From: Nannocystis bainbridge
GTDB lineage: Bacteria > Myxococcota_A > Polyangia > Nannocystales > Nannocystaceae
Assembly: GCF_028368995.1 (NCBI RefSeq)
Contig: NZ_JAQNDL010000004.1
Coordinates: forward strand, 691,882-755,881
Direction of reading: 5' to 3'
Length of the DNA: 64,000 nt
Position 1 is the stretch's first letter; the number at the start of each line of letters is the position of its first letter. This document shows positions 19,759-29,422 of the stretch, piece after piece. A program made the translations under genes and the position numbers. A model generated the notes under the pieces. The model was not told where the DNA came from, ran no database searches, and saw only the letters and a list, made by a program, of their open reading frames with translations.

Positions 19759-20381
19759 CGGACGCGAAGCCGAGATGGAACCGGCGGAAGGAGGCGCGTC
19801 CGGCAGAGATCGTCGACGCCGCGATCGACGTCTTCGTGGAGAACGGTTTTGCGGGGACGAAGCTCACCGAGGTCGCGCAGCGCGCGGGGGTCGCGAAGGG
19901 GACGCTCTATCTGTACTTCGAAACCAAGGAGGACCTCTTCCGCGCCGCCGCGCGGCAGGCACTCGCCACGAACCTGGACGCCATCGAAAAGGTGGCGGCG
20001 GGCTTCGACGGAACGATCACCGACCTGGTGCCGATGTTGTTGAAGCGGGCGGCCGGGCGGATGGGAGACAGCCGCATCCCGGCCATCGTACGCATGGTGC
20101 TGGCGGAGAGCCGCGCGTTCCCCGACCTCGCCCGCATCTGGCACGACGAGGTCGTGGCTCGCGTCCTGACGCTGCTGACCAGGCTGGTCGCAGAAGCTCA
20201 GGCGCGCGGCGAGGTCCGGCCGGGCGATCCGAAGCTCCTCGCCCTATCCATCGCCGGTCCGATGCTCGTCGGTGTGCTGTTTCACGAGGTGTTCGGGGCC
20301 GAGAGCCCCTTCGCTCCGGACCTCGACGCGCTGGCCACCCACCATTCAGAAGCGGTCCTCCAAGGAATTGTGGATCGATGA
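19755..20381 (+). CDS. TetR/AcrR family regulator
   Basis: EVAQRAGVAKGTLYLYFETKEDLF; TTG start overlaps the upstream TGA. Confidence 0.9.
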   Translation: MTDAKPRWNRRKEARPAEIVDAAIDVFVENGFAGTKLTEVAQRAGVAKGTLYLYFETKEDLFRAAARQALATNLDAIEKVAAGFDGTITDLVPMLLKRAAGRMGDSRIPAIVRMVLAESRAFPDLARIWHDEVVARVLTLLTRLVAEAQARGEVRPGDPKLLALSIAGPMLVGVLFHEVFGAESPFAPDLDALATHHSEAVLQGIVDR

Positions 20382-21019
20382 TGCACCGTCGCCGTCGCGG
20401 CTATCGCGGGTCTGGTTTCGTGCATGTGAAATGTCGCCGGAGGGGCAGTCCAGCAATGGATCGGACGTGCGGTGGCCGCCCTCAATTCGCTGCGGCGAAC
20501 GTGTTCCGTCTCAGCGCCGATGACAGGGCGACCGCGCATGCGTGCAGTCCATGCATTCGGGTCTGCGTCCCGGCCACGTCGAACTGGGGCCACGACAGGC
20601 GATGCGTCGTCCGCCTGGCCGCTCCTGCGCCGGCATGACTGCCGCTCGCGGCCCCCATCGTCGCCTCGCTGCCCCGATCGCTCCAGCGCATGGGGCGGCC
20701 GAGCCGGGGGGCGGGAGACGAGCCTGGAGGGGCTGTCCGGGCCACGGCGGCGGGCGAGATCGCTTTTTAGCCTCGCCGGCGCCGACGTCGCGCGGCGAGG
20801 ACGGCGCATGAGCGGCCGCGCGGCCGCGCGCCGTCGCGCTCGACCTCGCCCGTGTTCGGCGCTCCGAGGGCCGATTTTCAGTGGTTCCCTGATCTGCACA
20901 ATCGTCGCCGCGGCGAATCGCTCGCTGCGACCACCTCCGCTCGCAGACGGAGCCGAATGTTCGGTCGCTCCCGGCGCCGCGCGTCGTCGCAGTACGATCG
21001 GTGTCATCGAGGAGTCTGC

Positions 21020-22660
21020 ATGAGGATGTACGGACGTGGATTGGGAATGTTTTTTGCGCTGAACCTGATCACTGCCTGTGGCAGTGACGGCACCACCACC
21101 GATTCGGCGTCGGGCGACGGGTCGACCAGCACGGGCGACGCGACGACCGACGTCGGGACGACCACCGGCACGCCGACCACGGACACGCCGACCACCACTT
21201 CGACGACCGACGCGCCGACGACCGGCACGCCCACGACCGGCACGACGGACGGCGACACCACCGGCACCGTCGTCCCCGAGTGCGGCGACGGTATCGTCGA
21301 TCCCGGCGAGGAGTGCGACGACGGGGCCGACAACGGCGCCGGGCAGGCGTGCAACGCGACGTGCGCCAGCAACATCTGCGGCGACGGCGATCAGGGGCCC
21401 GGCGAGGAGTGTGACGACGGGGGCGACAACGGCGACACGAAGAGCTGCAAGTCGAACTGTACGCAGCAGATCTGCGGCGACGGTTTCCCCGGCCCCGGGG
21501 AGGCGTGCGACGACGGCAACCAGGACGACACCGACGCGTGCACCTCGACCTGCGGGGTCCCGGCCTGCGGCGACGGCTTCACGCAGGACGGCGAGGGCTG
21601 CGACGACGGCGCCGCCAACGACGACCATGGCGCCTGCACCTCGGCCTGTCAGGCGAACGTGTGCGGCGACGGCTTCGTGTTCGACAGCGAGGGCGGCGCC
21701 GAGGAGTGCGACCTCGGGGCCGCCAACGGGCCCGGGCAGACGTGCAACGCCGAGTGCAAGGCCAACGTCTGCGGCGACAACGACAAGAGCGCCGACGAGC
21801 CGTGTGACGACGGCAACAAGGTCGGCGGCGACGGCTGCTCCGCGAGCTGCCAGCTCGAGGAGTGCGGCAACGACGTCGTCGACGAGGGCGAGGCGTGCGA
21901 CGACGGCCAGGACGGCAACCAGGATAACGGCTGCACCGACAACTGCGCCGAGCCGGCCTGCGGGGACAGCTTCACGCAGGCGAGCCTGATGGAGCAGTGC
22001 GACGAGGGCGCCGGCAACAACAACACCGGCACCTGCACGCTCACCTGCCAGTTTCCCGAGTGCGGCGACAGCTTCGTCCAGGCGAGCCTGATGGAGGAGT
22101 GCGACGACGGCAACACGGTCAACGACGACGCCTGCAGCAACACGTGCAAGACCGCCAAGTGCGGCGACAGCATCAAGCAGGCCGACGAGGAGTGCGACGA
22201 CGGCAACGCGGTCAACGACGACGCCTGCACCAACCTCTGCAAGTCGGCCAAGTGCGGCGACGGCATCCTGCAAGCCGGCGAGGAGTGCGACGACGGCAAC
22301 GCGGTCAACGACGACACATGCAACAACATGTGCAAAAAGCCGCTGTGCCCCGGCGGAGCGTTCTACGCCAACCGCTGCTGGTACGCCTCGACGCAGTGCG
22401 AGTCGGCCGCCGCCAAGTGCGCCTCGGTCGGCCTGACCGGCGCCGACGGCTTCGTCAACGGCCTGACCTGGGACCTGGCGACGATGACGGCCGTCGCCGG
22501 CCAGCTCGGCCTCGCCACGGGCGGCGATGTCGGCTGCTGCGTCGAATTCGGGTGGATCGAGAACAACACGATCTACACCCACAACTTCGGCGCGAGCTTC
22601 TACAACTGGAACGGCTGCTTCTCCAACTTCCCGACCCTCAAGGTCTGCAACCCGCAGTGA
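21020..22660 (+). CDS. Myxobacterial cysteine-rich repeat (DUF4215-like) lipoprotein
   Basis: LITAC lipobox and about 10 CGDG...EECDDGN repeats. Confidence 0.9.
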   Translation: MRMYGRGLGMFFALNLITACGSDGTTTDSASGDGSTSTGDATTDVGTTTGTPTTDTPTTTSTTDAPTTGTPTTGTTDGDTTGTVVPECGDGIVDPGEECDDGADNGAGQACNATCASNICGDGDQGPGEECDDGGDNGDTKSCKSNCTQQICGDGFPGPGEACDDGNQDDTDACTSTCGVPACGDGFTQDGEGCDDGAANDDHGACTSACQANVCGDGFVFDSEGGAEECDLGAANGPGQTCNAECKANVCGDNDKSADEPCDDGNKVGGDGCSASCQLEECGNDVVDEGEACDDGQDGNQDNGCTDNCAEPACGDSFTQASLMEQCDEGAGNNNTGTCTLTCQFPECGDSFVQASLMEECDDGNTVNDDACSNTCKTAKCGDSIKQADEECDDGNAVNDDACTNLCKSAKCGDGILQAGEECDDGNAVNDDTCNNMCKKPLCPGGAFYANRCWYASTQCESAAAKCASVGLTGADGFVNGLTWDLATMTAVAGQLGLATGGDVGCCVEFGWIENNTIYTHNFGASFYNWNGCFSNFPTLKVCNPQ

Positions 22661-22679
22661 CGCGCGGGCGCTGACCCGG

Positions 22680-22751
22680 GGCCCAGGAGGCTGGGCCGGC
22701 CGCGCGGCGCGAAGCTGTCACCCGTGGGCCGCGCTTCAGGGCGCGGCCCAC
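22680..22751. terminator. Two hairpins at a convergent gene junction (possible bidirectional terminator)
   Basis: GGCCCAG-GAGG-CTGGGCC (22680-22697) and GTGGGCCGCGC-TTCAGG-GCGCGGCCCAC (22724-22751); no U-tract. Confidence 0.45.
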
Positions 22752-23311
22752 TCTCGCTTCGGGTCCGCGGGCTTCGGCACCTCGCTGTAGTAGAGCTCGG
22801 GCCGAAGCTGCGTGTCGCGGTCGAGCAGCGCGCCGACGAACCTCTCGATGCGACTCTCGGCCACCTCCATCGGGCTCTGCCGCTCGCTGCCGTCGGTCGT
22901 GACGTGGGCGACGCGGCCGCCCTCGAAGCTCACGCGCATCGGGGTGTCGTATTTGGGGAGGCACGCGCCGAAGCTGGTCGTCAGGTCGGTGAACGTCTCG
23001 CCGCTCTGCAGCGTGAGGTCGTACTCGTGCGGGTTATGGACGTTGCCGCGGCCGCCGTGGCGGCAATGCGTCGCCACCTCGCGCACCTCGGACAGCCAGC
23101 GACGGGCGCTGTCGGCGGCCCCGGGGAGGTACGGGGGAAACAGCGAACCCGGGAAGTAGGGGGCGTCGAAGCGAGCGAGCTGCAGGTCGATCTGCTTGTT
23201 GAACAGCTCGACCAGCTGCGGGTTCGGCAGGTCCCCCGGCATCGGCGGCTGCATGCAGGCCGCGAGCGCGAGGGTCATGGAGAGGGTGCTGTACGTCGCT
23301 GCCTTTCGCAT
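22736..23311 (-). CDS. Hypothetical lipoprotein
   Basis: MRKAATYSTLSMTLALAAC lipobox. Confidence 0.7.
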   Translation of the reverse strand: MRKAATYSTLSMTLALAACMQPPMPGDLPNPQLVELFNKQIDLQLARFDAPYFPGSLFPPYLPGAADSARRWLSEVREVATHCRHGGRGNVHNPHEYDLTLQSGETFTDLTTSFGACLPKYDTPMRVSFEGGRVAHVTTDGSERQSPMEVAESRIERFVGALLDRDTQLRPELYYSEVPKPADPKREWAAP

Positions 23312-23553
23312 GGAATTGCGAGGATAAGGAACGGGGCCGGTCTGCGCCAGTCGGCGAGCGCCGCGACGCGGCGTGCGGGCGTCGGTGCGCGCGCTGCGAG
23401 GCGCAGACCGCGAGGCGCGAGCGTGAGGCGAGATCGTGAGCAGGAGGCGCCTGGCGCCTCGTACGGCGCCGTTTCGCAGCGGCCGGCAGACCGCGCGCCG
23501 GGCGAACGAAGAACACTGGTTCGTCCTTCGCAGTGCGTGGCGCGTGGGCGAGC

Positions 23554-24021
23554 TCAGCCCGGCTCGAGGCAGTAGCCGGAGCCGGCGACCTTGTTGTTCT
23601 CGGTCCGGCACTCCTGCCACAGGTGCTCGGGCATGCCGTCGTCGAGGACCACGTAGACCGGCGTCGCGCCGTCGGTGAGGGCCATCGAAGGGTTGGCGAC
23701 GTCGATCGCCACGTCCTCGGCCTCGGCGGGGTAGAGCGCCTTCTTCGTCATGCCCTCGCCGAGCTTGACGCCGCCCATGTCGGGGTCGCCCTCGTAGAAG
23801 CCGACCACCACGCCGGCCGGCACCGCCGCCTGGCCGATGTTGCGGACGCGGGCGACGATGCCGTACGGGCCGTCGCAGCGGGGGAAGATGGTGGCGGTCA
23901 GGTCGGGCGCCGAGAATTCGCCCTCGGGCTGGACGTTCTGCCGATAATTGTTGAGACCGTCGGCCTTCCAGTTGGGCGTCTCGGCGACCGGCACGGTGCC
24001 GTCCTCGCCGATGTTGGTGAT
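23554..24021 (-). pseudogene. 3' part of the element-interrupted FG-GAP lipoprotein gene (CARDB-like domain)
   Basis: ITNIGEDGTVP..NNYRQNVQPEGEFSAPDL..ECRTENN is collinear with the C-terminus of 5410-7767 and begins at the TTGGTGAT core. Confidence 0.92.
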
Positions 24022-24225
24022 GTGGTGTACAGCCAGCTCTAGACCCCCCTACTGGCTGTTCTACAAGGGGTGTCTCGGAAAACGCCAGAATCGCGACAAA
24101 ATCGAGACGATTTTTCGAGACAACCAGGGGATCGCGCCGTCGCGCATCAGGGGCTCCAAGGCACCCCAGACCTCCCGCTTGACCAAGCTTTCAGTCCGCC
24201 GGCCGCCGGACCGACGAGACAAGCG
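24014..24225. repeat. Element left end, copy 1 (att core, hairpin, arm-type motifs)
   Basis: Collinear and highly similar to 25933-26145; TGTCTCGGAAAA at 24071-24082 and TTTTCGAGACA at 24112-24122. Confidence 0.9.
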
Positions 24226-24297
24226 CTGCCGCGACGGGGCACCCCTCAGGCCGGTGGCGGCTTGATTGCGGGCGCAGCGGCGCCTACGGTCGGGGTG

Positions 24298-24783
24298 ATG
24301 ACGACAGCAACGTATACGCATGTCACGACGACCCTGATCGAAGCGCCGGTTGAGGTGGTGTGGTCGCAGGTCCGCGACCTGCTCGTGCTGGTCCGGATGG
24401 TCTTCGGCACGAAGCTCGACGAGTACTACACGCGCGGGTGGATCGAAGGCGGCTCGGTGGACCGCGTGCCGGCGGCGCTCGCGTTCTGCCTGCGATCGGG
24501 CGGGCCGGAGATGGTCGTGGAGGGGGTCGGCCGCTCGGACCGCGAGTACCTGCTGCAGTACTGCACCCGCGGGCGGGTGATGCTCGTGGCCGACTACTTC
24601 GGCGAGCTCCGGCTGATCCCGACGACGCACCCGGCGGACTGGACGGTCATGGTCCACAAGCGGGAGTTCTCGGTGCTCGACGGCACGGCCAGCGACTACG
24701 CGGCGCAGATGGTGGCGGGGATGGTCGACTTCATGAACGGCGAGGCGGAGGCGATGCGGGACGCGTTCACGCCGAAGTCGTAG
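24298..24783 (+). CDS. SRPBCC/START-like protein
   Basis: N-terminal TTLIEAPVEVVWSQVRD pattern, ~160 aa, C-terminal helix. Confidence 0.6.
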   Translation: MTTATYTHVTTTLIEAPVEVVWSQVRDLLVLVRMVFGTKLDEYYTRGWIEGGSVDRVPAALAFCLRSGGPEMVVEGVGRSDREYLLQYCTRGRVMLVADYFGELRLIPTTHPADWTVMVHKREFSVLDGTASDYAAQMVAGMVDFMNGEAEAMRDAFTPKS

Positions 24784-24789
24784 GCGTGA

Positions 24790-24975
24790 TGGTCTGAGGA
24801 GTCCGACCACTTCAGCTTCGCAAAGTTCGTCGTCGAGAAGTTGAACAAGTACAGCGAGTCCAAGCCTCCTGGCCACGCCTCTCCTCTACCAGATCTCAGG
24901 TCCGTTGCAGCTCAGCCGAGGCAGTACACTTGGGGCAGGGTACAATCTGACACCCGGCCGAGACTCTCCAAGTGA
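24790..24975 (+). pseudogene. Start-less, lower-GC open frame (gene remnant)
   Basis: WSEESDHFSFAKFVVEKLNKYSESK...; preceded by an in-frame TGA, atypical codon use. Confidence 0.3.
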
Positions 24976-25049
24976 TTGAGACCGGCCAAGCACAGCAGTC
25001 CTGAGGGGCTCCGACCGAGTGACCTACCGAGGAAGTGGCGCTCGATGCT

Positions 25050-25565
25050 TCAGTAGGCTTCGTCGCGCGCGGACGTCCACGTTTCCCAGGTCAGCCCGAC
25101 GACGAGGTGGTCGAGCAGCCGCGCGTCGGCGACCTCGAACTCGAGGATCTGCACCATGTGCAAATCGCGGAACGCGGGGGGCTTGGGGCCGCCGCTGTTG
25201 TTCTGTGCGTGCCACGCCGCGGCCTTCTCGAAGTTCGCGTTGCTGAGCTCGGTGATCCGGACGATCTCCGCCTCGGCGCTCTCGATGAGCTGCTCGTTGA
25301 ACGCCTCGTCGTGGTTCGCCTGGAGCCCTTCGGAGTACGCGACGAGGCGCGCGGGGGCGCGGGCCGCGAGCTTCGTCGCGCTCTTCTTCGTCTGGTTCGT
25401 GTCCTTGTAGCTGTCGCGCAGCGCGTGGTGCGCGTCGGCGAGGAGCTGGAGCCCGAGGCACTTGTTGGCGGGCACCTCGGGGTACTGAAAGTTCAGGAGG
25501 AGCACCCGCGCGCGAACGGTGCGCTCCTCGAGGGCCTCGATGGTGATCTCGTAGGTCGCGCTCAT
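25050..25565 (-). CDS. Hypothetical protein
   Basis: 171-aa ORF with strongly GC3-biased codons and globular-looking composition. Confidence 0.7.
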   Translation of the reverse strand: MSATYEITIEALEERTVRARVLLLNFQYPEVPANKCLGLQLLADAHHALRDSYKDTNQTKKSATKLAARAPARLVAYSEGLQANHDEAFNEQLIESAEAEIVRITELSNANFEKAAAWHAQNNSGGPKPPAFRDLHMVQILEFEVADARLLDHLVVGLTWETWTSARDEAY

Positions 25566-25932
25566 CCGAGGGCCTGTACCAGAGACGGCGCGGACGACGC
25601 GAGTTCAAAATTCCGAGACCCCCAGTGAGCGAGCGTACTCGCCAAGCGCGACGTGTGGCTCACGTCGTGGCGCGCGGGATTCGATGCGGCCCGCGCCCCT
25701 GTTGCGTCTGCAGCGGGTCGTGGACGCATCGCAGTAACGCAGCTACTGCCCCGCGCGGACGTCGGTCCGCACCGCATGTTGTCGTGGTATCAGCACGCGA
25801 TCCTTGCCCATCGTCGCCACATCTCACCCTAGCGGCGTTCGGCGCTGGCTGATACTAGCCGATTCCACTTCCACGAGAAGGCGCCAAAAGGTGCACTTGG
25901 ACGGCGTTCAGGCGGCTGCCTGAAGCCGAGAT

Positions 25933-26145
25933 TTGGTGATGTGGTGTACAAGCCCAGCTAGACCCACATACGGGCTTGTTTGCGAGGTGTTGTCTCGAAA
26001 ACTGCCCGGATCGCGACAAATTCGAGACGAATTTTCGAGACATCCGGGGGATCGCGCCGTCGCGCATCAGGGCCTCCAAGGCACCCTGGACCTCCCGCTT
26101 GACCAAGCTTTCAGGCCGCCGGCCGCCGGACCGACGAGACAAGCG
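25933..26145. repeat. Element left end, copy 2 (internal att-like site)
   Basis: TTGGTGAT core at 25933-25940; perfect inverted repeat TGTCTCGAAAA (25991-26001) / TTTTCGAGACA (26032-26042). Confidence 0.9.
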
Positions 26146-26302
26146 GAACGGGAACGTCGGCGCGCAGCGCCGAGCGACGGGCGACATCACACTGCCGGCG
26201 AAATTGCGTGACGTGAACCAGAGGACAGGCGACTCCCTCGTGTCCGTCTCGGTTCACGCCGAGCCCTCGCGTTCCGGCCGACGTGCGCCGAACGTCGCGT
26301 AG

Positions 26303-26431
26303 ACCGGCGTCGGCGTCGAGAACATCCGCTACTACGAGCGCATCGGCCTGTTGGCCGAGCCGGCGCGCACCGCCGCCGGCTACCGTCTGTACGAGCCGGA
26401 GCACGTCCGCCGCCTCAACTTCATCCGCCAG
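26303..26431 (+). pseudogene. MerR-family HTH fragment
   Basis: TGVGVENIRYYERIGLLAEPARTAAGYRLYEPEHVRRLNFIR, preceded by an in-frame TAG. Confidence 0.85.
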
Positions 26432-26559
26432 TCCGCGGGCCGCCGTGACAAGGAACGGGCCCCACGTCGCGGCTGGCCACTCTTTTGCGAATCTCGAGAG
26501 GGCGTACCGGCAATGCCGGTACCCTGTGGAGAGCCGGGGTCAGCCGTCAAGCACATGGT

Positions 26560-26945
26560 CAGCCGACCATCAGCTTGGTCTCCGGGAAGGTCACGTGGGC
26601 GCTTCGCGGAGTACCGAGTCGCCAGTGCCAGCGAGATCGGTCCGACGCGGCCGATGAACATCGTGACGATGATCAGCCACTTGCCGAGCGCGTTGAGCTC
26701 GGCCGTGCCGCCGATCGACAGGCCCGAGGTAGCGAGCGCGCTCACCGTCTCGAAGGCCGCCTTCTCGAACGCCATGTCATGGCTGGCGAGCAGGGCGAAG
26801 CTGACGATGACCGCGACGAGCGTGGCGATCGTCATGATCGTCGCGGCGCGGTAGACGATGTCGTGCGGGATTGTCCGGCGCAGCAGCAGGGCCCGCGCCT
26901 GGTTGCGCGCGAGCGCCGGGATCGCGGCGAGCACCACCGCGAGGG
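26560..26945 (-). pseudogene. TrkH/KtrB K+ transporter C-terminal fragment
   Basis: FETVSALATSGLSIGGT..GKWLIIVTMFIGRVGP; N-terminal part absent. Confidence 0.85.
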
Positions 26946-26951
26946 TCGTGG

Positions 26952-27259
26952 TCGACCGTCCAGCCGTCGCCGGGCGGGACGACGTCGACGTGGCCGAAGA
27001 ACGCCACGTGAGGCGAACCGCTGCCGAGGCGCGCCACGAGGTTGTGCACGGTGTGTCCGCTGGCGCCCGCGAAGTCGACGCGCCTGCACGAGAACCCGCG
27101 CGCCGCGAGGGCGCGCGACGCGACCGTGAGCGCGCCGCCCTCCGCGGGTGTGACGCTCGGGCAACGTAGAAGCGAGGCAGCCAGCGGCAACGGATCGTAC
27201 GGATCGTCGAGCCTGAGTGGCTCCACCGGCTGGGGTTCGATCGATGTCGTGATGAGCAT
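26952..27259 (-). pseudogene. dapE: DapE/M20 peptidase N-terminal fragment
   Basis: LLRCPSVTPAEGGAL..NLVARLG..FFGHVDVVPPGD, truncated after the first metal-binding motif. Confidence 0.8.
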
Positions 27260-27376
27260 GGCGAACCGAAGGTGCTGCCGGCGAGGTTAAAATGGCGCCA
27301 AAAAGCCGCTCGGCCGTTGGGACGCGGGAGGACTTGCGTGGCGCTCGCCCGGCGCACGAGCGCCGGCATCACTACA

Positions 27377-27395
27377 TTCTTAACCCCTTCTTAAC
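27377..27395 (+). promoter_or_regulatory. Probable KdpE box: TTCTTAAC direct repeat with 11-bp period
   Basis: TTCTTAAC-CCC-TTCTTAAC upstream of kdp; OmpR/PhoB-family regulators bind direct repeats of about this period. Confidence 0.65.
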
Positions 27396-27486
27396 TCGGC
27401 CCGATGCAGCTTCCCGATCGCGAGGACTGTGCCAGGTGGGGCTCCAGCTCGCCTCCTCACACCGTCCGATTCCGACCCAGGCACCG

Positions 27487-27570
27487 ATGACTGACCTCTT
27501 CTTCATCGCCGTCGTACTCGCGTCGTTCGCGGCCTTCTGGGGCTTCATGCGCTTCCTCGGCCGGCTCTGA
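27487..27570 (+). CDS. 27-aa hydrophobic peptide upstream of kdpF
   Basis: MTDLFFIAVVLASFAAFWGFMRFLGRL*, a single TM helix in operon position. Confidence 0.7.
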   Translation: MTDLFFIAVVLASFAAFWGFMRFLGRL

Positions 27571-27587
27571 CAAGGATTCCCGTCCCC

Positions 27588-27680
27588 ATGACCATCATGC
27601 ACTGGCTCGCCGGCCTCGTGTCGATCGGCCTCGGCGTCTACCTCCTCGTCGCCCTCCTCGCCCCGGAGAAATTCTCGTGA
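27588..27680 (+). CDS. kdpF: K+-transporting ATPase subunit F
   Basis: MTIMHWLAGLVSIGLGVYLLVALLAPEKFS*; YL..AL..PE.F signature; GTGA overlap with kdpA. Confidence 0.9.
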   Translation: MTIMHWLAGLVSIGLGVYLLVALLAPEKFS

Positions 27681-29410
27681 CCGCGCATGCGCTCCTGCTG
27701 TGCGGCGTGTACGTCGCCGTCCTCGTCGCCCTGGCGATCCCCCTCGGGGGCTACTGCGCTCGGGCCCTGGGCGGCGAGGCGACGCTGCTTCAACGTCTGC
27801 TCGGCCCGCTCGAGCGCGGCCTCTATCGCGTCGCCGGCGTCCGACCGAACGACGAGATGCACTGGCGCGACTACACCGTCGCCGTGCTGTGGTTCAACCT
27901 GTTCGGCCTGCTCGTCGTGTACGGCCTGCAGCGGCTGCAGCACCTGCTCCCGCTCAACCCGCAGGAGCTCGGCCCAGTCGCGCCGGACCTCGCCTTCAAC
28001 ACGGCGGTCAGCTTCGCCTCGAACACCAATTGGCAGGCGTACGGCGGCGAGACGACGCTTAGCTATCTGACGCAGATGGTCGGGTTGACGACGCAGAACT
28101 TCGTGTCGGCGGCGACCGGCATCGCCGTCCTCGCCGCCCTGTCGCGTGCCTTCTCGCGTCGGCGCTCGGAGACGATCGGTAATTTCTGGGCCGACCTGGT
28201 CCGTTCGACGCTCTACATCCTGCTCCCGCTGTCGCTCGTCCTCGCTGTCGCGCTGGCCGCCGACGGCGTGGTGCAGACGCTGGCGCCCGCAGCGGAGGTG
28301 GAGCTGATGCGCGCGGCCACCGGTCCCGAAGGACAGGTGATCACGCAGCAGACCATCCCGCTCGGCCCCGGCGCCTCGCAGATCGCCATCAAGCAGCTCG
28401 GCACCAACGGCGGCGGCTTCTACAACGTCAACTCCGCGCACCCGCTCGAGAACCCGACGCCGCTGACCAACTTCCTCGAGTGCCTGGCGCTCCTGCTGAT
28501 CCCGGCGGCGCTGTGCCTGAGCTTCGGCAAGATCGTGGCGGATCGGCGCCAGGGCTGGGCCGTGTTAGGGGCGATGTTCGCCATCTTCCTGCCGCTGCTC
28601 GGGCTCTGCGTCTGGTCCGAAGGACAGCTCGCGCCGCAGCTCGTCGAGCTCGGCGTCGATCCCTCGGCCGGCAACCTCGAGGGCAAGGAGGTGCGGTTCG
28701 GTCCGGCCGCCTCGGCGCTGTGGGCGACGGCGACCACCGCGGCCTCGAACGGCTCGGTCAACTCGATGCACGACTCGTTCAACCCGCTCGGCGGATTGGT
28801 GCCGATGTGGCTCATGCAGATCGGCGAGGTCGTGTTCGGCGGCGTCGGCTCGGGGCTCTATGGCATGCTCGTGTTCGCCATCCTGGCGGTGTTCCTCGCC
28901 GGCCTGATGGTGGGTCGCACACCCGAGTACCTCGGCAAGAAGATCGAGGCCTTCGAGGTCAAGATGGCCGCGCTCGTGGTCCTGCTGCCGTCGGCCGGCG
29001 TACTGGTCGGCACCGCGATCGCGGTCGCCAGCGCCGCGGGGCGGGCCGGTATCTCGAACCCGGGCATTCACGGGTTCAGCGAGGTGCTGTACGGCTTCTC
29101 GTCGGCGTCGAACAACAACGGCAGCGCGTTCGCCGGTCTCGGCGCCAACTCGTTCTTCTACAACCTGGCCCTCGGGCTATGCATGCTGATCGGGCGCTAC
29201 GGCATCATCGTGCCGGTGCTGGCGCTCGCCGGCGCGCTCGCCCGCAAGCAGACCGTCCCGCCCGGGCCCGGCACGATGCCGACCCATACGCCGCTGTTCG
29301 TGTTCCTGCTCGCCGCGATCGTCGTGCTGGTCGGTGCATTGACATTCGTGCCCGCGCTCGCGCTCGGGCCGATCGTCGAGCACCTGCAGATGACCGGCAC
29401 CCACCCCTGA
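27677..29410 (+). CDS. kdpA: K+-transporting ATPase subunit A
   Basis: Motifs NTNWQAYGGE, IKQLGTNGGG, NGSVNSMHDS and NNNGSAFAG. Confidence 0.97.
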   Translation: MTAHALLLCGVYVAVLVALAIPLGGYCARALGGEATLLQRLLGPLERGLYRVAGVRPNDEMHWRDYTVAVLWFNLFGLLVVYGLQRLQHLLPLNPQELGPVAPDLAFNTAVSFASNTNWQAYGGETTLSYLTQMVGLTTQNFVSAATGIAVLAALSRAFSRRRSETIGNFWADLVRSTLYILLPLSLVLAVALAADGVVQTLAPAAEVELMRAATGPEGQVITQQTIPLGPGASQIAIKQLGTNGGGFYNVNSAHPLENPTPLTNFLECLALLLIPAALCLSFGKIVADRRQGWAVLGAMFAIFLPLLGLCVWSEGQLAPQLVELGVDPSAGNLEGKEVRFGPAASALWATATTAASNGSVNSMHDSFNPLGGLVPMWLMQIGEVVFGGVGSGLYGMLVFAILAVFLAGLMVGRTPEYLGKKIEAFEVKMAALVVLLPSAGVLVGTAIAVASAAGRAGISNPGIHGFSEVLYGFSSASNNNGSAFAGLGANSFFYNLALGLCMLIGRYGIIVPVLALAGALARKQTVPPGPGTMPTHTPLFVFLLAAIVVLVGALTFVPALALGPIVEHLQMTGTHP

Positions 29411-29422
29411 GATTTCGTCATC

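Noticed and set aside
24061-24225. Conserved minus-strand peptide (ESLVKREV.GALE.LMRDGAIP) in both end copies
   Set aside because: No common start or stop between copies; the similarity is explained by DNA-level duplication.
24014-26145. Classical integron with attC cassettes
   Set aside because: The integrase has an arm-binding domain and is not IntI-like, there are no RYYYAAC/GTTRRRY attC ends, and only two repeat copies exist.
26478-26520. HSFANLERAYRQCR resembling a reverse-transcriptase N-terminus
   Set aside because: Only ~14 residues with no downstream RT motifs; cannot be distinguished from chance.
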